Below are positions 39,097-50,442 of a stretch of DNA of 64,000 nucleotides, one piece after another. The stretch is from positions 12,648,001 through 12,712,000 of the forward strand of contig NC_134478.1 of assembly GCF_964194025.1 (NCBI RefSeq), read 5' to 3'. Made by a program: the position numbers and the translations under genes. The stretch's first letter is position 1. Every line of letters starts with the position of its first letter. Below the pieces are notes generated by a model that was given only the letters and a program-made list of their open reading frames with translations, made no database searches and was not told the origin of the DNA. The DNA is from Convolutriloba macropyga. Its lineage: Eukaryota.

Positions 39097-39444
39097 AAAG
39101 TATTAGTCAACAATTAGAGAAAAACCATTTCGTTTTTGTCGCTTTGTTTATTTCACATGCTAATTCAGAAGCCAATAAGAAGCTTAATCAACGCACATCA
39201 GATCGGAAAATTTACTGCACTTAAAATAGGGGAAAATGCTAAGGCAAAAAAACAAAATCGAATTAAAAAATTATTTAATACTTTTAGTTTATCAATTCTC
39301 AACTTACCGTTGAATTAAAATAGCGAGCTCTTTTCCTCAACAGATCGGTCACTTCGACGGCTTTTATAGATTAGAAATTTTTTCCTAATTTACTGAAAAA
39401 CTGTCCGACAAATGCGGCAATTGAATTAAAATCTACAGGATCAA

Positions 39445-39735
39445 GCTAACTTTGAATATTTAAATGAAAGCTAACTTTGAAAAATTAAGTGCAGTAGCCA
39501 TGTTCTGCCTAAAAAATTCTTTGAACTAGCATGTGCTCAACGTTAAATCGCTCGCGAAAACAAAAATCTCCCGTTGAAAACTTATAAAGAGAGAACAAAT
39601 TAACAGTTTTAAAGTTCTTTTTAACATATTAAAACTTTAACGGGAAAACCTATTGGAATTTCAAGAAAATTCAAAAATGAAAACAGTTCATCAAGACACG
39701 TTACCGTATGCATGCATATTTGTAAATATTTAACA
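39445..39735 (+). repeat. Upstream pseudo-LTR of the Penelope-like element
   Basis: Diverged direct repeat of 42999-43258 (taactttgaaa..ttaagtgcag, tagcatgtgc, ttgaaaact.ataaagaga, tcaagaca.gttac.gtatg.atgcat.tttgtaaatatt). It includes the last codons of the ORF. Confidence 0.8.
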
Positions 39736-41916
39736 TTACCCGTTAAGTTTTTAACCCGTTAAGTTTTTAACTTACCCATCATCCGGGTTATGTTAAGGAT
39801 GTCATTTCAGAACAGGTTTCAGAAAAACATGCACGTATTAGCGGCGTCACTTCTTTCTCAGTCATTCAACTAAATTACATACGAAGGCAAGAGAGGACTA
39901 TCGCCCCATATCACAGCAACTCCATGCCTGAAAAAAAACAGAACTCAGGAAACATCCTAAAAAACCTTGAAAGCAGAAACCTTGAAAACCGGACAGCTCT
40001 AGTATTGCAGCACGATACAATAAACAAAACGATTACAAGACACAGATCCACCGACTTCAAGCATTTTGACCCGGACGACCTCGTGGAGTACCTTCAACAA
40101 AAAAAGTTCCGTTTTAAAGCTACTGCGTACTGTACACGTAAGGGAGCCCCAGATATTGTGCAATGCTTGCTGAAAACAGGTATTTTGGTAATCCAGGTAA
40201 CCTAGCACATTATTTGCAGACGAAAACAGCGTGATCATTGGTGTTTGAAGCCATACAGTGAACTACCTCAAGAAGCTGCAATGGAATTGAAGACATTGGA
40301 TACCATTTGGCGACACCGAAGGAACTTACTTGGTTTATTAAAGAAGGGAAATGGTAAGCCGATGGTGGTTAAACGCCATTGTCAGGCAAGAGCGAAGCGA
40401 AGTGTAAATTCGGCCAAGCTGCTACTTACGGACTTGGTTGTCCGTAGTTCAGGTGAACCTTGCTAAATGACGCCACGCTTGACACTATGTTGGTTGAAAC
40501 GTGTTCTAAGAAAAACTGAAAAATGGATGACGGAATAGGTATTTTGCTAGAAAAATGCGTTGAAAATGATGTAATACCAGACAACTAAAATTTCGTGTTC
40601 CAAAAAACGATATTTTCTCCGATCAAGCCGCACGTGGTTTTCAACTTAGCCTACGAGAAACAGAACTAAACAAAGCAAGAAAAAAGCGAACCTTGACGCA
40701 AGGGTCAGCACGAGTAGGAATGAACTGTGTTGGTCTCTGAACGAAAAATTGCTCGGTTCTCTGGCCTTCAACATACGCTTATCTATCCGGAAAATTAGAC
40801 TAGAACATAAACTAAGGTTAGATGCCAAGTTGAAAAAGCTGTCAGTACGTCAAGACAGGCCTATAAAGGAAGAACAAAATTTCGACTCCATAAGAATACT
40901 TGAAGGCATTAACTTACCAAATTTTGCAAAAGACCTATCATATGGCCCAAGACATCCAATCCGAGATAAGTTCAATGATAAGCACTTTTTGGCAGACAGA
41001 CAAATTGGTCCGCAAGCTCCGGGAAAGCGGAAATGACGGTGAAAACTGTGTGAAATTGAAGCCTCTGCCAAATGGTACGCTAAAAATCTCAAACACCCGC
41101 GGACAAGTGATGTGAGGGTGGCAAAACTTTTGAATGACAATGACATTGTGGCTGTGCTTTTGATAAAGGCATGGGATTTTGTGCGATGAAGAGTCAATCG
41201 TATCACAAAAAGCAGGCTGAAGTTCTTGATTGCTCCCAGTTTCAAGAGATTGTAAGCGCGGGGGACGAAATTGCTCTGAAGATTGAAAGACATCAACAGT
41301 GCCTTGCTTGATATGAAGAAGGGCTCTTTATTAAGCGAAAAAAATTATCAAAAGTTACTTCCGACAGGAGCACGACCCGCGCGACTTTATGGCCTAGCAA
41401 AAGTGCATAAGCTTGGAATTCCTTTACGCCCGGAGTTGTCTATACTGGGCAGTAGTTATTGCCATTTGAGTAAATTCCTCACACTTTGACAAAGTACCAA
41501 GTGCTAACATCGAGACGTCAATGCTCAATGCACGGAGAAAACTTGAGTCCATCAAATTGGTTCCTGACAAGAGCATTATTGTTTCCTTGGACGTGAAGAG
41601 CCTATATGCGAACGTCCAAGTTATTGAAGCAATTGAAATAGCCTCGAGGAGCCTGTACTCTAGTGATAACTCCCCAGAGATGTCAAGATCGACTTTGAAA
41701 TCACTCTTGAAGCTAGCCAAATGTCTGCTTTAAAGGCAATAAAAAATGGTTTTTTCAGGTGGCTGGCTTAGCAATGGGAGCATCACTTGCAAAAACTCTG
41801 GACAACATTATGAACATCACTTGAATATCAGATCAAGAACAGATGAAATCATTTGAACATCAGATCAAGTCAACAGAAGAGATGGTCAATAAGCTCCCTA
41901 AAATGATAATCAGGCC

Positions 41917-42062
41917 TGCCCTGAACGCAACCGTAGAGTCACTTATAGTGGAAAAGGAGTCGAATGTGAACATGCGAGAATCGGTTCTGTGCAAAATGCC
42001 AAAGCATTAATGATCAACTTTACGCCAAAATGAAGGAGATGGTGTGGCACTACTCTAATTAC
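41917..42062 (+). other. Degenerate PHD-finger-like (C4HC3) coding segment inside the RT of the Penelope-like element
   Basis: With one 1-nt frameshift at ~41971 it reads CPERNRRVTYSGKGVECExCENRFCAKCQSINDQLYAKMKEMVWHYSNY. The second half is in frame with the downstream HVDD (42120-42131). Confidence 0.7.
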
Positions 42063-43254
42063 CTGAAAATTAACAAATCAGATAGTGACCCGGTAACTGA
42101 AACACAATTATTCGAAAGACATGTAGACGATGTAATTTGTACTGGAAGTCGTGAACCAGATAGATTGCATAGGTAATTGGAATTAATAACGGAGAGGACA
42201 GACAAATATGGTAAAAATTAGCCTTTTTGGACGTGAACATCAATGTAAATACCTGTAAAGAAATTAATTGTGAGTGGTACAACAAACCAACCACTACGAG
42301 CGTTGTCTTGAAATTCAGAAGCTGTGCACCAATCCACCATAAGAAACATATCTCAGAAGGGACTGTCCACCGCGTTTCCAGAGGCACCAGCACATGGCAA
42401 AAATTTGACAAAGCTCTGAAGGAAAAAGAAAATCTTTGGTTCAAAAATCAATACCCTGAAGGTTGGACTTCTAGAATCATAAACGATGCTTTACAAAAAA
42501 TTATAAGTAAACCTCAACTGAGGAGTGGTGACGAGAAGGTCCAACAGAGGGGACAATAACCACCAGCGAAAGATATTAAACCACTATTTTCTTGTAGGAC
42601 CGAGGTAAAATCGGCCTGCAATTAAAGCAAAAAATGGGAAAAACGTGCGAAATGACAACCATCTTGACCACGCGAAAACTACGAACATACTTACCGTCCC
42701 TGAAATCTAGTTTCCATGGCAATCTGAAATCTCATGTGGTATACGAGCTCAGTTGTTGTGGATGCAATTCCACCAATGTCGGTCAAACTTGTCAACATTT
42801 GACCACAAGAATTTCGGAGCATCAGAAAAATGATTCACCGGTGGGCCAACATGCTGTGGAATGCTGTGGGGCTCTAACAACCTTTAATTATAAGATAATA
42901 GATCAGTGACATGATACCCAAAAACTTATGATCATAGAAGATCTACACATTAGTAGACGCAAGCCACAACTGAAACGCGTGACGAGTACAAGAGTCGGGA
43001 ATTAACTTTGAAATATTAAGTGCAGAAACCATATTCTGTTTAAAAACATCAAATTAGCATGTGCGCAGCGTTAAACCGATTACAAAAACAAAAATCCTCC
43101 ATTGAAAACTCATAAAGAGAAAGACTCGTTTTAAGAGTTTCTTTTAACATTTTAACAAAATTAGATGTAAAAAATATTGGAATTTTAGAAAAATTCGAAA
43201 AAGTAAATATATAATCAAGACATGTTACTGTATGTATGCATGTTTGTAAATATT

Positions 43255-43294
43255 AACTCGTGGCGACGCAAGTTATTGCGAAAACGTTTGAGTA
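43255..43294 (+). ncRNA. Degenerate minimal type I hammerhead ribozyme relic in the 3' pseudo-LTR
   Basis: actcg-TGGCGA-cgcaa gtta ttgcg-AAAACGTT-tgagt: helix I, mutated CUGAYGA core, 5-bp helix II, mutated GAAA with palindromic AACGTT, helix I complement. Confidence 0.6.
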
Positions 43295-43321
43295 ATTTCA
43301 ATTTTATATCAATTTTTAAAT

Positions 43322-43847
43322 ATGACTAACGTCAGATTAATTGCTCTCGAACGACTGCCGGTGGCAATTTAATTTAGAAGGGATGTAGCTTAGAAACGTT
43401 TACGAAGAGAAATAACCCCACTGGCGTTCCAACCCCGGACTTGCAGGGTTGCAGTCAGCCATCTTAACCACTCAGCTACAATGGCTTTGACTTCTTTACA
43501 CTCACAATCGCTTTAAGGAACTTTTAGATCACTCAAAATTGAAGATGTAAATTGTGACAAAGTCACTCAAGAATTCAAAGAATGTTCTAGAATAAAAGCA
43601 CAAAAACGTCAAGCAAACATTTTTCATGAATAATTCACACACGTTTACAATAATTGCTTCAAACTAGTAAGGTTCTTAGAGAAGTGCTCAGCAACTTAAT
43701 GTCATACCATTTCTCACGACCAAAAGTCACGGTACTTGTTGGCCAGACTAAAAAAAGACCAGGCGAAAATTCGGTAGTACAAAAAATGGTATAAAAAGAC
43801 CAGAAGGAGTGATATAACTGCTACAATCTGGGTTTGAGAGCAATTAA
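43322..43847 (-). mobile_element. Helentron-like element, family A, with a tRNA-like segment (43413-43487)
   Basis: tgactaacgtca hairpin plus aattgctctcgaac at the left; tttgagagcaattaa at the right. The minus strand reads GCCATTGTAGCTGAGTGGTTAAG...GGGTTGGAACGCCAGTGG. Confidence 0.7.
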
Positions 43848-44620
43848 AAAACCGATTATGAGGTTATATATTCAAATTAGATTCAAATTAGAGATTCAAA
43901 GGCTAGATTATGAGGTATACATTCAGAAATGCGGCTTGTAAGTTCACTGATCAGTGTACTATTGTAATTCAGTTTTTTGATTAAAATGTAATTCAAGCAC
44001 AAAAAAGAGTTGGGGGTTTGCCGAATTAAGCACTTTAACACCAAAAAAAAACATTCATGCGCCCATAAAGCTTCGCTCTATTTAGTTTCAGCGCTGTGAA
44101 AAATAATTGCACATAGATGGCTGCTTTTAAAACCGAATCTTTTGAACACGTGAATTTTATGACAGTAGCTATATTTTCTATATAACATGAGTTTTAATAT
44201 TCTGCACTTGTCGCAATTAATTTACAAACATTGAGTGATAATTGTCCTTATATAAACCCAATCCATATCACCCGAACACCTCGAACAGTACAACCATAAA
44301 ATTATCAAGATATGCTATAATTCAGAAATTCAATACTTAAGGGAACAAATCGTTGTCTCATAAGATAGCTTGAAAATCCACATTTTTGTTCTATAAAAAA
44401 AACGATTGTAATTTGTTCTTCCTTAATCAAACGCCAACTCCCTGGGTTAATAAGAGTTACCAATACCAGTTGTCACTTCCACATTTAATATTTATCATAA
44501 CCAGATCAGAGGCAAATGTCATTAATTGAACTACTTCAACAAGAATGAAACAACAATTCTGCGAAAACACAATCAAGATCAGGTGCACTATTGTACAATA
44601 AGAATAAGGATGTGTTGTGT

Positions 44621-44758
44621 CTATCTTAGTAGTGACCACTTGAGTTGTTCTTTGGCGTTTGAGAGAACCTGGCTCACAGTCTGGTCACCAGCCAGCAGGT
44701 CACCCGGAGCACCCCCTTCGCCAGCGGTTGCGCCCTTGATTGCAGTTCGGGCCAACAC
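44621..44758 (-). CDS. COPZ1: Coatomer subunit zeta, coding exon 4 (last)
   Basis: Acceptor ttttcag then VLARTAIKGATAGEGGAPGDLLAGDQTVSQVLSNAKEQLKWSLLR*, the hallmark zeta-COP C-terminus. This frame is not in the ORF track. Confidence 0.95.
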   Translation of the reverse strand: MLARTAIKGATAGEGGAPGDLLAGDQTVSQVLSNAKEQLKWSLLR

Positions 44759-44814
44759 CTGAAAACAAATAGATCACAGACGGCATGAAAACAAAAATGA
44801 CGGCAAAATAAAAC

Positions 44815-45700
44815 AACATAGCCGGCAGATTTCCGGAAAATAGCCGCGATAGACGCTTGTGGCCTTCCATGGAATTGAAACAACTAAAGAAATAAGAAAG
44901 ACAGATTAACCACCAGTCCTTTAATAGACCACTAGACTTTTTGGGTTAGATTCGGACTACCATTTTCATGAGACACATACGCTCTACAAGGAAAAAGCCC
45001 TAATAGAGCTTTTTCAAAATTAATATTCGAAATCAAAAACACAAGAGTCTATTACTCAAGAATTAGGGCATATACGTTTGGCGCTACTTAGATGCACACT
45101 ATTGACATTTAACTAGTAAATTTTAATTATATTTAAAGTTCATTAAGTGAGTTCAGAAGTCATTTTTTCGAGTGAGGTAAGTCACGCAATTGACCTAAAA
45201 GCAGAACAAAAGACTTCACGCACACAAATTTTAACTGCAAGGAGGCAGAAGTCACTGAAATTGAAAAAAAGTCAATGGTCTCAAGAATCATCGATGCAGA
45301 CGATGAGGTAAATAAAACATAGCAGGACAAGTCCTGACGTACAATTCAAAGAATTTTCATCGACTAATTAAAAGACTGGACCTAGAGCGGACTAAAAGTG
45401 AAATGGAAAAACCAGAGAATCAAAGTCAAAACGCCGCATATGAACACCAAACCGCTCGCGAGTAAGGTAAACTTGGTTCAAACAAAAAACTAGGCCTAGA
45501 ATGAACTATGAATGGATTGGTAAAACCATTAAGAAAAAAATCGGATCCCAAAAAGTCAAAAACATTAAAATCAAAGTGAAATTACCGCATGTGAAGAGAA
45601 AAAAATCAAACACCGTTTTCTCACTCTACTTTAAAATTCTGTGAATTGTAAAAAAAACACGATGTCCCCAATAACAGCCGCTATCGCCTCGTGGCTAATA
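44815..45700 (-). mobile_element. Helentron-like element, family C, in COPZ1 intron 3
   Basis: ccggcagatttccgg plus aatagccgcgatag at the left; ctatcgcctcgtggctaat at the right. A further left end occurs at ~48905. Confidence 0.55.
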
Positions 45701-45702
45701 AT

Positions 45703-46100
45703 GACCGACTAACATCGGAAGAATTGCTCTCGGACTACTGGGAGCTCAAATCTATTTCAGCCTGCTTCAGTCGGGGGGGGGGGTAACTAAGATCATTATG
45801 GGGGCTTCAAATGACATCAATAGAGTAGGCTATTATAAACCAAATTTAGCAAGAAAAAATTAAAGTGAAATTAATTACACCAATTTTAGCGCAATTTTCA
45901 TTGGAACTTTAGTAGTGAACTGTCGCCACTCGAGTTCAGCTGCTTAAACTTGCGAATGAGAGCTAATTTAAAACCACGCAAAACAAAAAAGTCTAGGACT
46001 TAAAAGTCACGCGAAAAGTCAAATTGGTCAAGGAAAAATCATGCATAAAAAAGACCAACATGTTTAATAATTGCTTCAAATTTCGCTCAAGAGCAATTAA
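45703..46100 (-). mobile_element. Helentron-like element, family A
   Basis: ccgactaacatcgg plus aattgctctc at the left; taattgct...aagagcaattaa at the right. Confidence 0.7.
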
Positions 46101-46443
46101 TAATTTGCTTAACGTCACGAGCAAGTTTTAAAATGCCAGATCTCTGAAGTGCCCAATTTTCCTACACTGACTGCCAGAATTTGTAAGTTTGTGCAGGTTT
46201 GCGTCTCAAGAAGTTACGCTGCTGTAAAAACAAAACATTTGCGATTCAAATCACGTTGCCTAAATAACTTTTTGATGAAAATTTTGGAACTGACCTATCA
46301 CAAATTTAATAAGTTGCATCAAATCCGAAAGATGAACAATTTAGATAAATCAAAACCAAACAAAAAACAACTTTTTTGTTGCCTAAACATGGAAAATGCA
46401 GAACACGAGAATTAAGATATTTTATGGTTACAAACAATAACAT

Positions 46444-47263
46444 AACCGACTAACGTCGGGCGAATTGCTCTCAAACGACCGGGGAGCGATCGACTCCGTC
46501 ACTAGCTAGCCACCATTTATTGAGGCTAGCTTTAGCTTAATTGAAGGGCGTGAGGTGGGCGCAGTGGGGGGGGGGGTGCACGGAGGGGCTGACGGGGGGG
46601 GGGGTCAACGAGATGGGCGAGGGCAGCAGTTGGGGGGGGGGGGAGGAGGAGGGAGCAACAGTGGGAGTTGGGTTTTTGGCTTCACGGGGCCTTTACTGCT
46701 TGAGCGATGTGCAGGTGGTCGGGATGGAGGGGGGGGGGGTCAAGTGAGAGGGGGCTGATGTGTGGAGGTCAACCTCTAAGAACCGCCCTTCACACCTTGA
46801 AATTGTCTCAAAAGTTTCCTTGGAGACTAAAGAGCTAAAGGCTCTTAGAGCACTTAATGACCACTGGTCGCTACCTGTTTATCCCGTTTTTGAGGATGAA
46901 AAGTCAAATCGGCCAGACAAAAAATCGGTCAAGAGTTTGACTTCGTACCATGCAGGTACCTAATGGACAAACACATGCGCATGGAAGTGTTAGTTAGAAG
47001 ACACAATTTCAAAAACAAAAATCAAAGTTTTCAGTTTCAACTTTAAAACTTGCGGTGATTAAATTAAAAGCGGCTGGGATGCTGAAATACATTAACATTT
47101 TGCCCAGATTTCGAGTATCCTTGTAATGGGACTTGAAAATTTTAATTTTCCTTTTTAAACAAAGTCAAATGGGTCAGACGAACAAGCGGTCAAGCAAAAA
47201 ATCGCATAAAAATGACCGACAGGACTAATATAATTGCTACAAACTTCGTTTGAGAGCAATTAA
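46444..47263 (-). mobile_element. Helentron-like element, family A, with a G-run-rich interior
   Basis: Perfect hairpin ccgac-taac-gtcgg plus aattgctctcaaacga at the left; taattgct...tcgtttgagagcaattaa at the right (16-bp perfect subterminal inverted repeat). Confidence 0.8.
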
Positions 47264-47837
47264 AAAGACTATTTTCAGAAGACGAACCTCGAAAGAAAAA
47301 TATGAAAGAAGCAAAAAACAAGGTTGAAATACCGATTTTAATTCCTTTAACATAGAAACTGCACAGTTTATTTACACCTGCTAGTAATAGACTTCGGCAA
47401 ATTATAACAGCTCTCCAAATAGTGTTTTCATTGATTAAGGCAGGTGAAAAAAAACATAACCGACTGCCGTCTGCCCGAATTACGTCAGAGCCAACTGAGA
47501 GGAGCTGGCTTTGGTATTAGCTAGCTTGATGAATCTTGGGTGAGAAGGGTGCAAGAAAGGCGAGTAGTGTTTCAAAGCATTGCCCTTCAGAACATGAATG
47601 TATGCTCCTCAATGGTCTCAATGAATCGTTAACTTTATTGAATAAAGTACAAATATTCGTAATGTTTCCGCTCATTTGTGCGTTTCAGGCCCTGAAACGC
47701 TCGAAAAATGCACAGAAACATTACGAATATTTGTGCTTTATTCATTTAAAGTTTGGTGCAGACTACTAAAGCTCTATGAAGACTGGTCAACAACTAGTTA
47801 ATAATGCCTTCAGAGTATACTTTTCCTCTTTACTCAC

Positions 47838-47971
47838 CAGTGAATGCTCACACTCGAGGACAATTCCTGAGTCACATATCTCGTCAATGATCTGTATGAT
47901 GGAGGACAAGTTGGACATGACCGAGCTGCGTTCTACTATCTTCATTATTGCACCCACACAGTCGTACAAAC
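47838..47971 (-). CDS. COPZ1: Coatomer subunit zeta, coding exon 3
   Basis: Acceptor tttag then (C)LYDCVGAIMKIVERSSVMSNLSSIIQIIDEICDSGIVLECEHSL, then donor GTGAGT. Matches DEIxDxGxxLE. Confidence 0.93.
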
Positions 47972-48439
47972 CTAAACACAGAAACACATCAATGCACTTA
48001 CTTTTTAAGACACACGACAAAAACAATTTATTTTTTTTTACCTAAACACAGCAACACTATTTTCAAATCAGAAAAGCTTAATTTAATTTTGTTTAAGTAA
48101 AAGAAAAAACTGGGAATTATTAACCCAAAAATTTAGACCATATGCTCAATTGAAGATAATTCTCAGGCGCAGAATCATCGCTCAAATTTAAACGCTAAAA
48201 ATTTGTTTACAGTATCATAGAAATCGTTTCAACAGCTATCATTTAAGCTACAACAAATTTAAATATTACGGAAAGACCAAATCTTCCTCCATAAAAGGCG
48301 GAAAACAACAAAATACCTAAAGCTAACCGCCATGCACAAAGAAGCAATATATATTAAGAAGTTCTATTCACAATTACGGGAGGAAGACGATTCTTTCTTC
48401 CGCAATTTTTTCTCTTTGTGTGAATAAACTGTGACTTAC

Positions 48440-48602
48440 AATTGAGAACAGAAGATAAAATAAGTTCGTTCTCGTCTGAGCTGCCAATAACATAGAAGAA
48501 CACATCAACAGTACTCCTGTACACAATCGTGTTGTTGTCCAGCATCACTATTTCGCTATTCGCTTTGTATGTCTTCTGGAATAACTTCTTTTCGAACTCT
48601 CC
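48440..48602 (-). CDS. COPZ1: Coatomer subunit zeta, coding exon 2
   Basis: Acceptor aacag then GEFEKKLFQKTYKANSEIVMLDNNTIVYRSTVDVFFYVIGSSDENELILSSVLN, then donor GTAAGT. Confidence 0.95.
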
Positions 48603-50280
48603 CTGTTAACATGAAATAGTAAATATTACAAGATTGCAAATTTGAAACGCTTCCATCAATTCAGCAGAATGATTATGGTATAAAATAAGCATAGCCGCGT
48701 GGAACCATAACCAGCCGCAGCATTTCTGTGAATGAGAAATATAAAAAACCAAACTTCAACTCACAATTAAAGTATTTTTTAAGTTAAATTTAAGTTTTTT
48801 TTCAGAAGTACAAAAAGTTGAGATTTTGAGATTTTTAGAAGACTCATTACAGGAAAGCCGAGACTTGACATTGTTCGATAAAACCTAGTCCGATCGAAAT
48901 TAAAAACATACTTTGCAGATGGCCGAAAAATTGCCGCTATTGATACGCAAAACCCCGATTTGCATAGAAACAAGCAAAAAAGTATTTGAGGATCTATCCT
49001 GCTCCCCCAGCTTAGAGTGCATATAAGTTTTACAACCCCGCACTTACGTGCTATTTGCTACATCGAAAATAAAACTGTTTTCTTTTTAAAAAAATCTACA
49101 GACCTCTTATTTTCAGTGTATTTGGTTGTTGGGCTCACCCGTTTCTTAATAAGAGTGCAGATTGATTATGGATTATTAAACTTATGTTAACAACCATTAG
49201 ACCTGGTAACATATAGAACCCAGAGTACGATTTCATCGTTGACTAAAACTAAGAGGAAGAAAGCCTAGTTCGAAAGATTGCACTTAAGACTTGAAGTGAA
49301 AGAACTGAAAGTCTAATTAGGACACCAAACATAGGACACTAAGTTAGGACAAAAAATAAGACTTAGTTAGAATTTAACTTCAAAAACTTGAACAAAACAG
49401 CTATAAATAATTGGCTGTTTCGCTATGGAGACGGAGACGTTTGGTTTGTTTCAACTCCTGTATATTTTTAAGCTTCTTATATTAGCTTCCAAAATGGCTT
49501 GTGTGAATGCTGCAAGCGTACAATAACATCTCATGCCTAGAAATAGCTTGTTTTAAAAAACTTTGCTCATTACATGGCGAGAAGAAAAACCTGATTCATC
49601 AGCTTACTTATGATTTAAGATTGGTTTTGATTATCAATGAAAAATGAGGAGCTGATTGGTAAAAATCTTTTAAAATTCTAAATTCGCATTTATATTTTTC
49701 GACCATAAAAAACGTAATATGAAAAAGTTCACATTTTCAAAATCAAACAGTGAATTAGGAGTCAATCACAATAACTTTAAAATTGAAGTTCTCTAAGTCT
49801 GTGAAAAGTTATAAACAAAGACCGGATGACTGATGATAAAAAATTGTCAGTGAAGCAAAAAAAAAGTTGGCGCGCTACTGATTTTTGGTGGTATCGTAGC
49901 AACACCTTTTCTGAACACATAGGCGTAATTACAGATTTCCTTCGGAAAGGAAGGCTACTCGGGAGTTACTTGTTCATCTGAAAACTCAAAGTTTTCACCT
50001 CCTTTGAACTTGAGTTATAAGATGGTTGCCCTTTTTGCAGAAGCTTGCTTTGACTCAAAATTTATTGGTGAGGCAAATGTTTCTGCAATATCATTTAAGA
50101 TATGTTGATATGATACACCGTATGCTTTCAAATGCAAAGAATCAAGCGAGCCTTCTTGTTTGTTTGTTTATAGACCAACGTTTAAAATATATAAACAGTG
50201 GTGCAAAATGGCAAAGACAACATCCATTTAGATTAGGGACAAGACTAGGGGTATATTCATCTATACCGCTCCCTTGGTAC

Positions 50281-50442
50281 CTGGGGAGGGTTTGAGATTC
50301 CAGTAACTGTTCCTGGAAGAGGAGGAGCGGATCCATAAGCGAGGTTGTGATCATAGTACTTGGCATACAGTCTCTTTCCATCGTTATCCATTATAATTAT
50401 GGCCTTGATCATCTCCATTTTGGGCTCAACTGACAAATGCAT
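50281..50442 (-). CDS. COPZ1: Coatomer subunit zeta, coding exon 1
   Basis: MHLSVEPKMEMIKAIIIMDNDGKRLYAKYYD...NPPQ then donor CAG|GTACCA. The four exons total 597 nt (198 aa plus stop) with consistent phases. Confidence 0.93.

Larger units (their letters stand above)
40480..43294 (+). mobile_element. Decayed Penelope-like retroelement: reverse transcriptase plus GIY-YIG endonuclease
   Basis: Frameshifted but ordered motifs: EKCVENDVIP, LSYGPRH, PARLYGLAKVHKLGIPLRP, VSLDVKSLYANV, GLAMGASLA, FERHVDDV, LAFLDV, WYNKPT, NQYP, then GIY-YIG VVYELSCCGCNSTNVGQT...RISEH. Stop at 43017-43019. Confidence 0.93.

Noticed and set aside
43413-43487. Functional tRNA-Cys(GCA) gene
   Set aside because: The anticodon stem and T-arm pair poorly, the B-box is mutated (GTTGGAAC), and it is embedded in a repeat; treated as tRNA-derived.
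46541-46963. Gly-rich ORFs
   Set aside because: Produced by poly-G runs in an intronic repeat.
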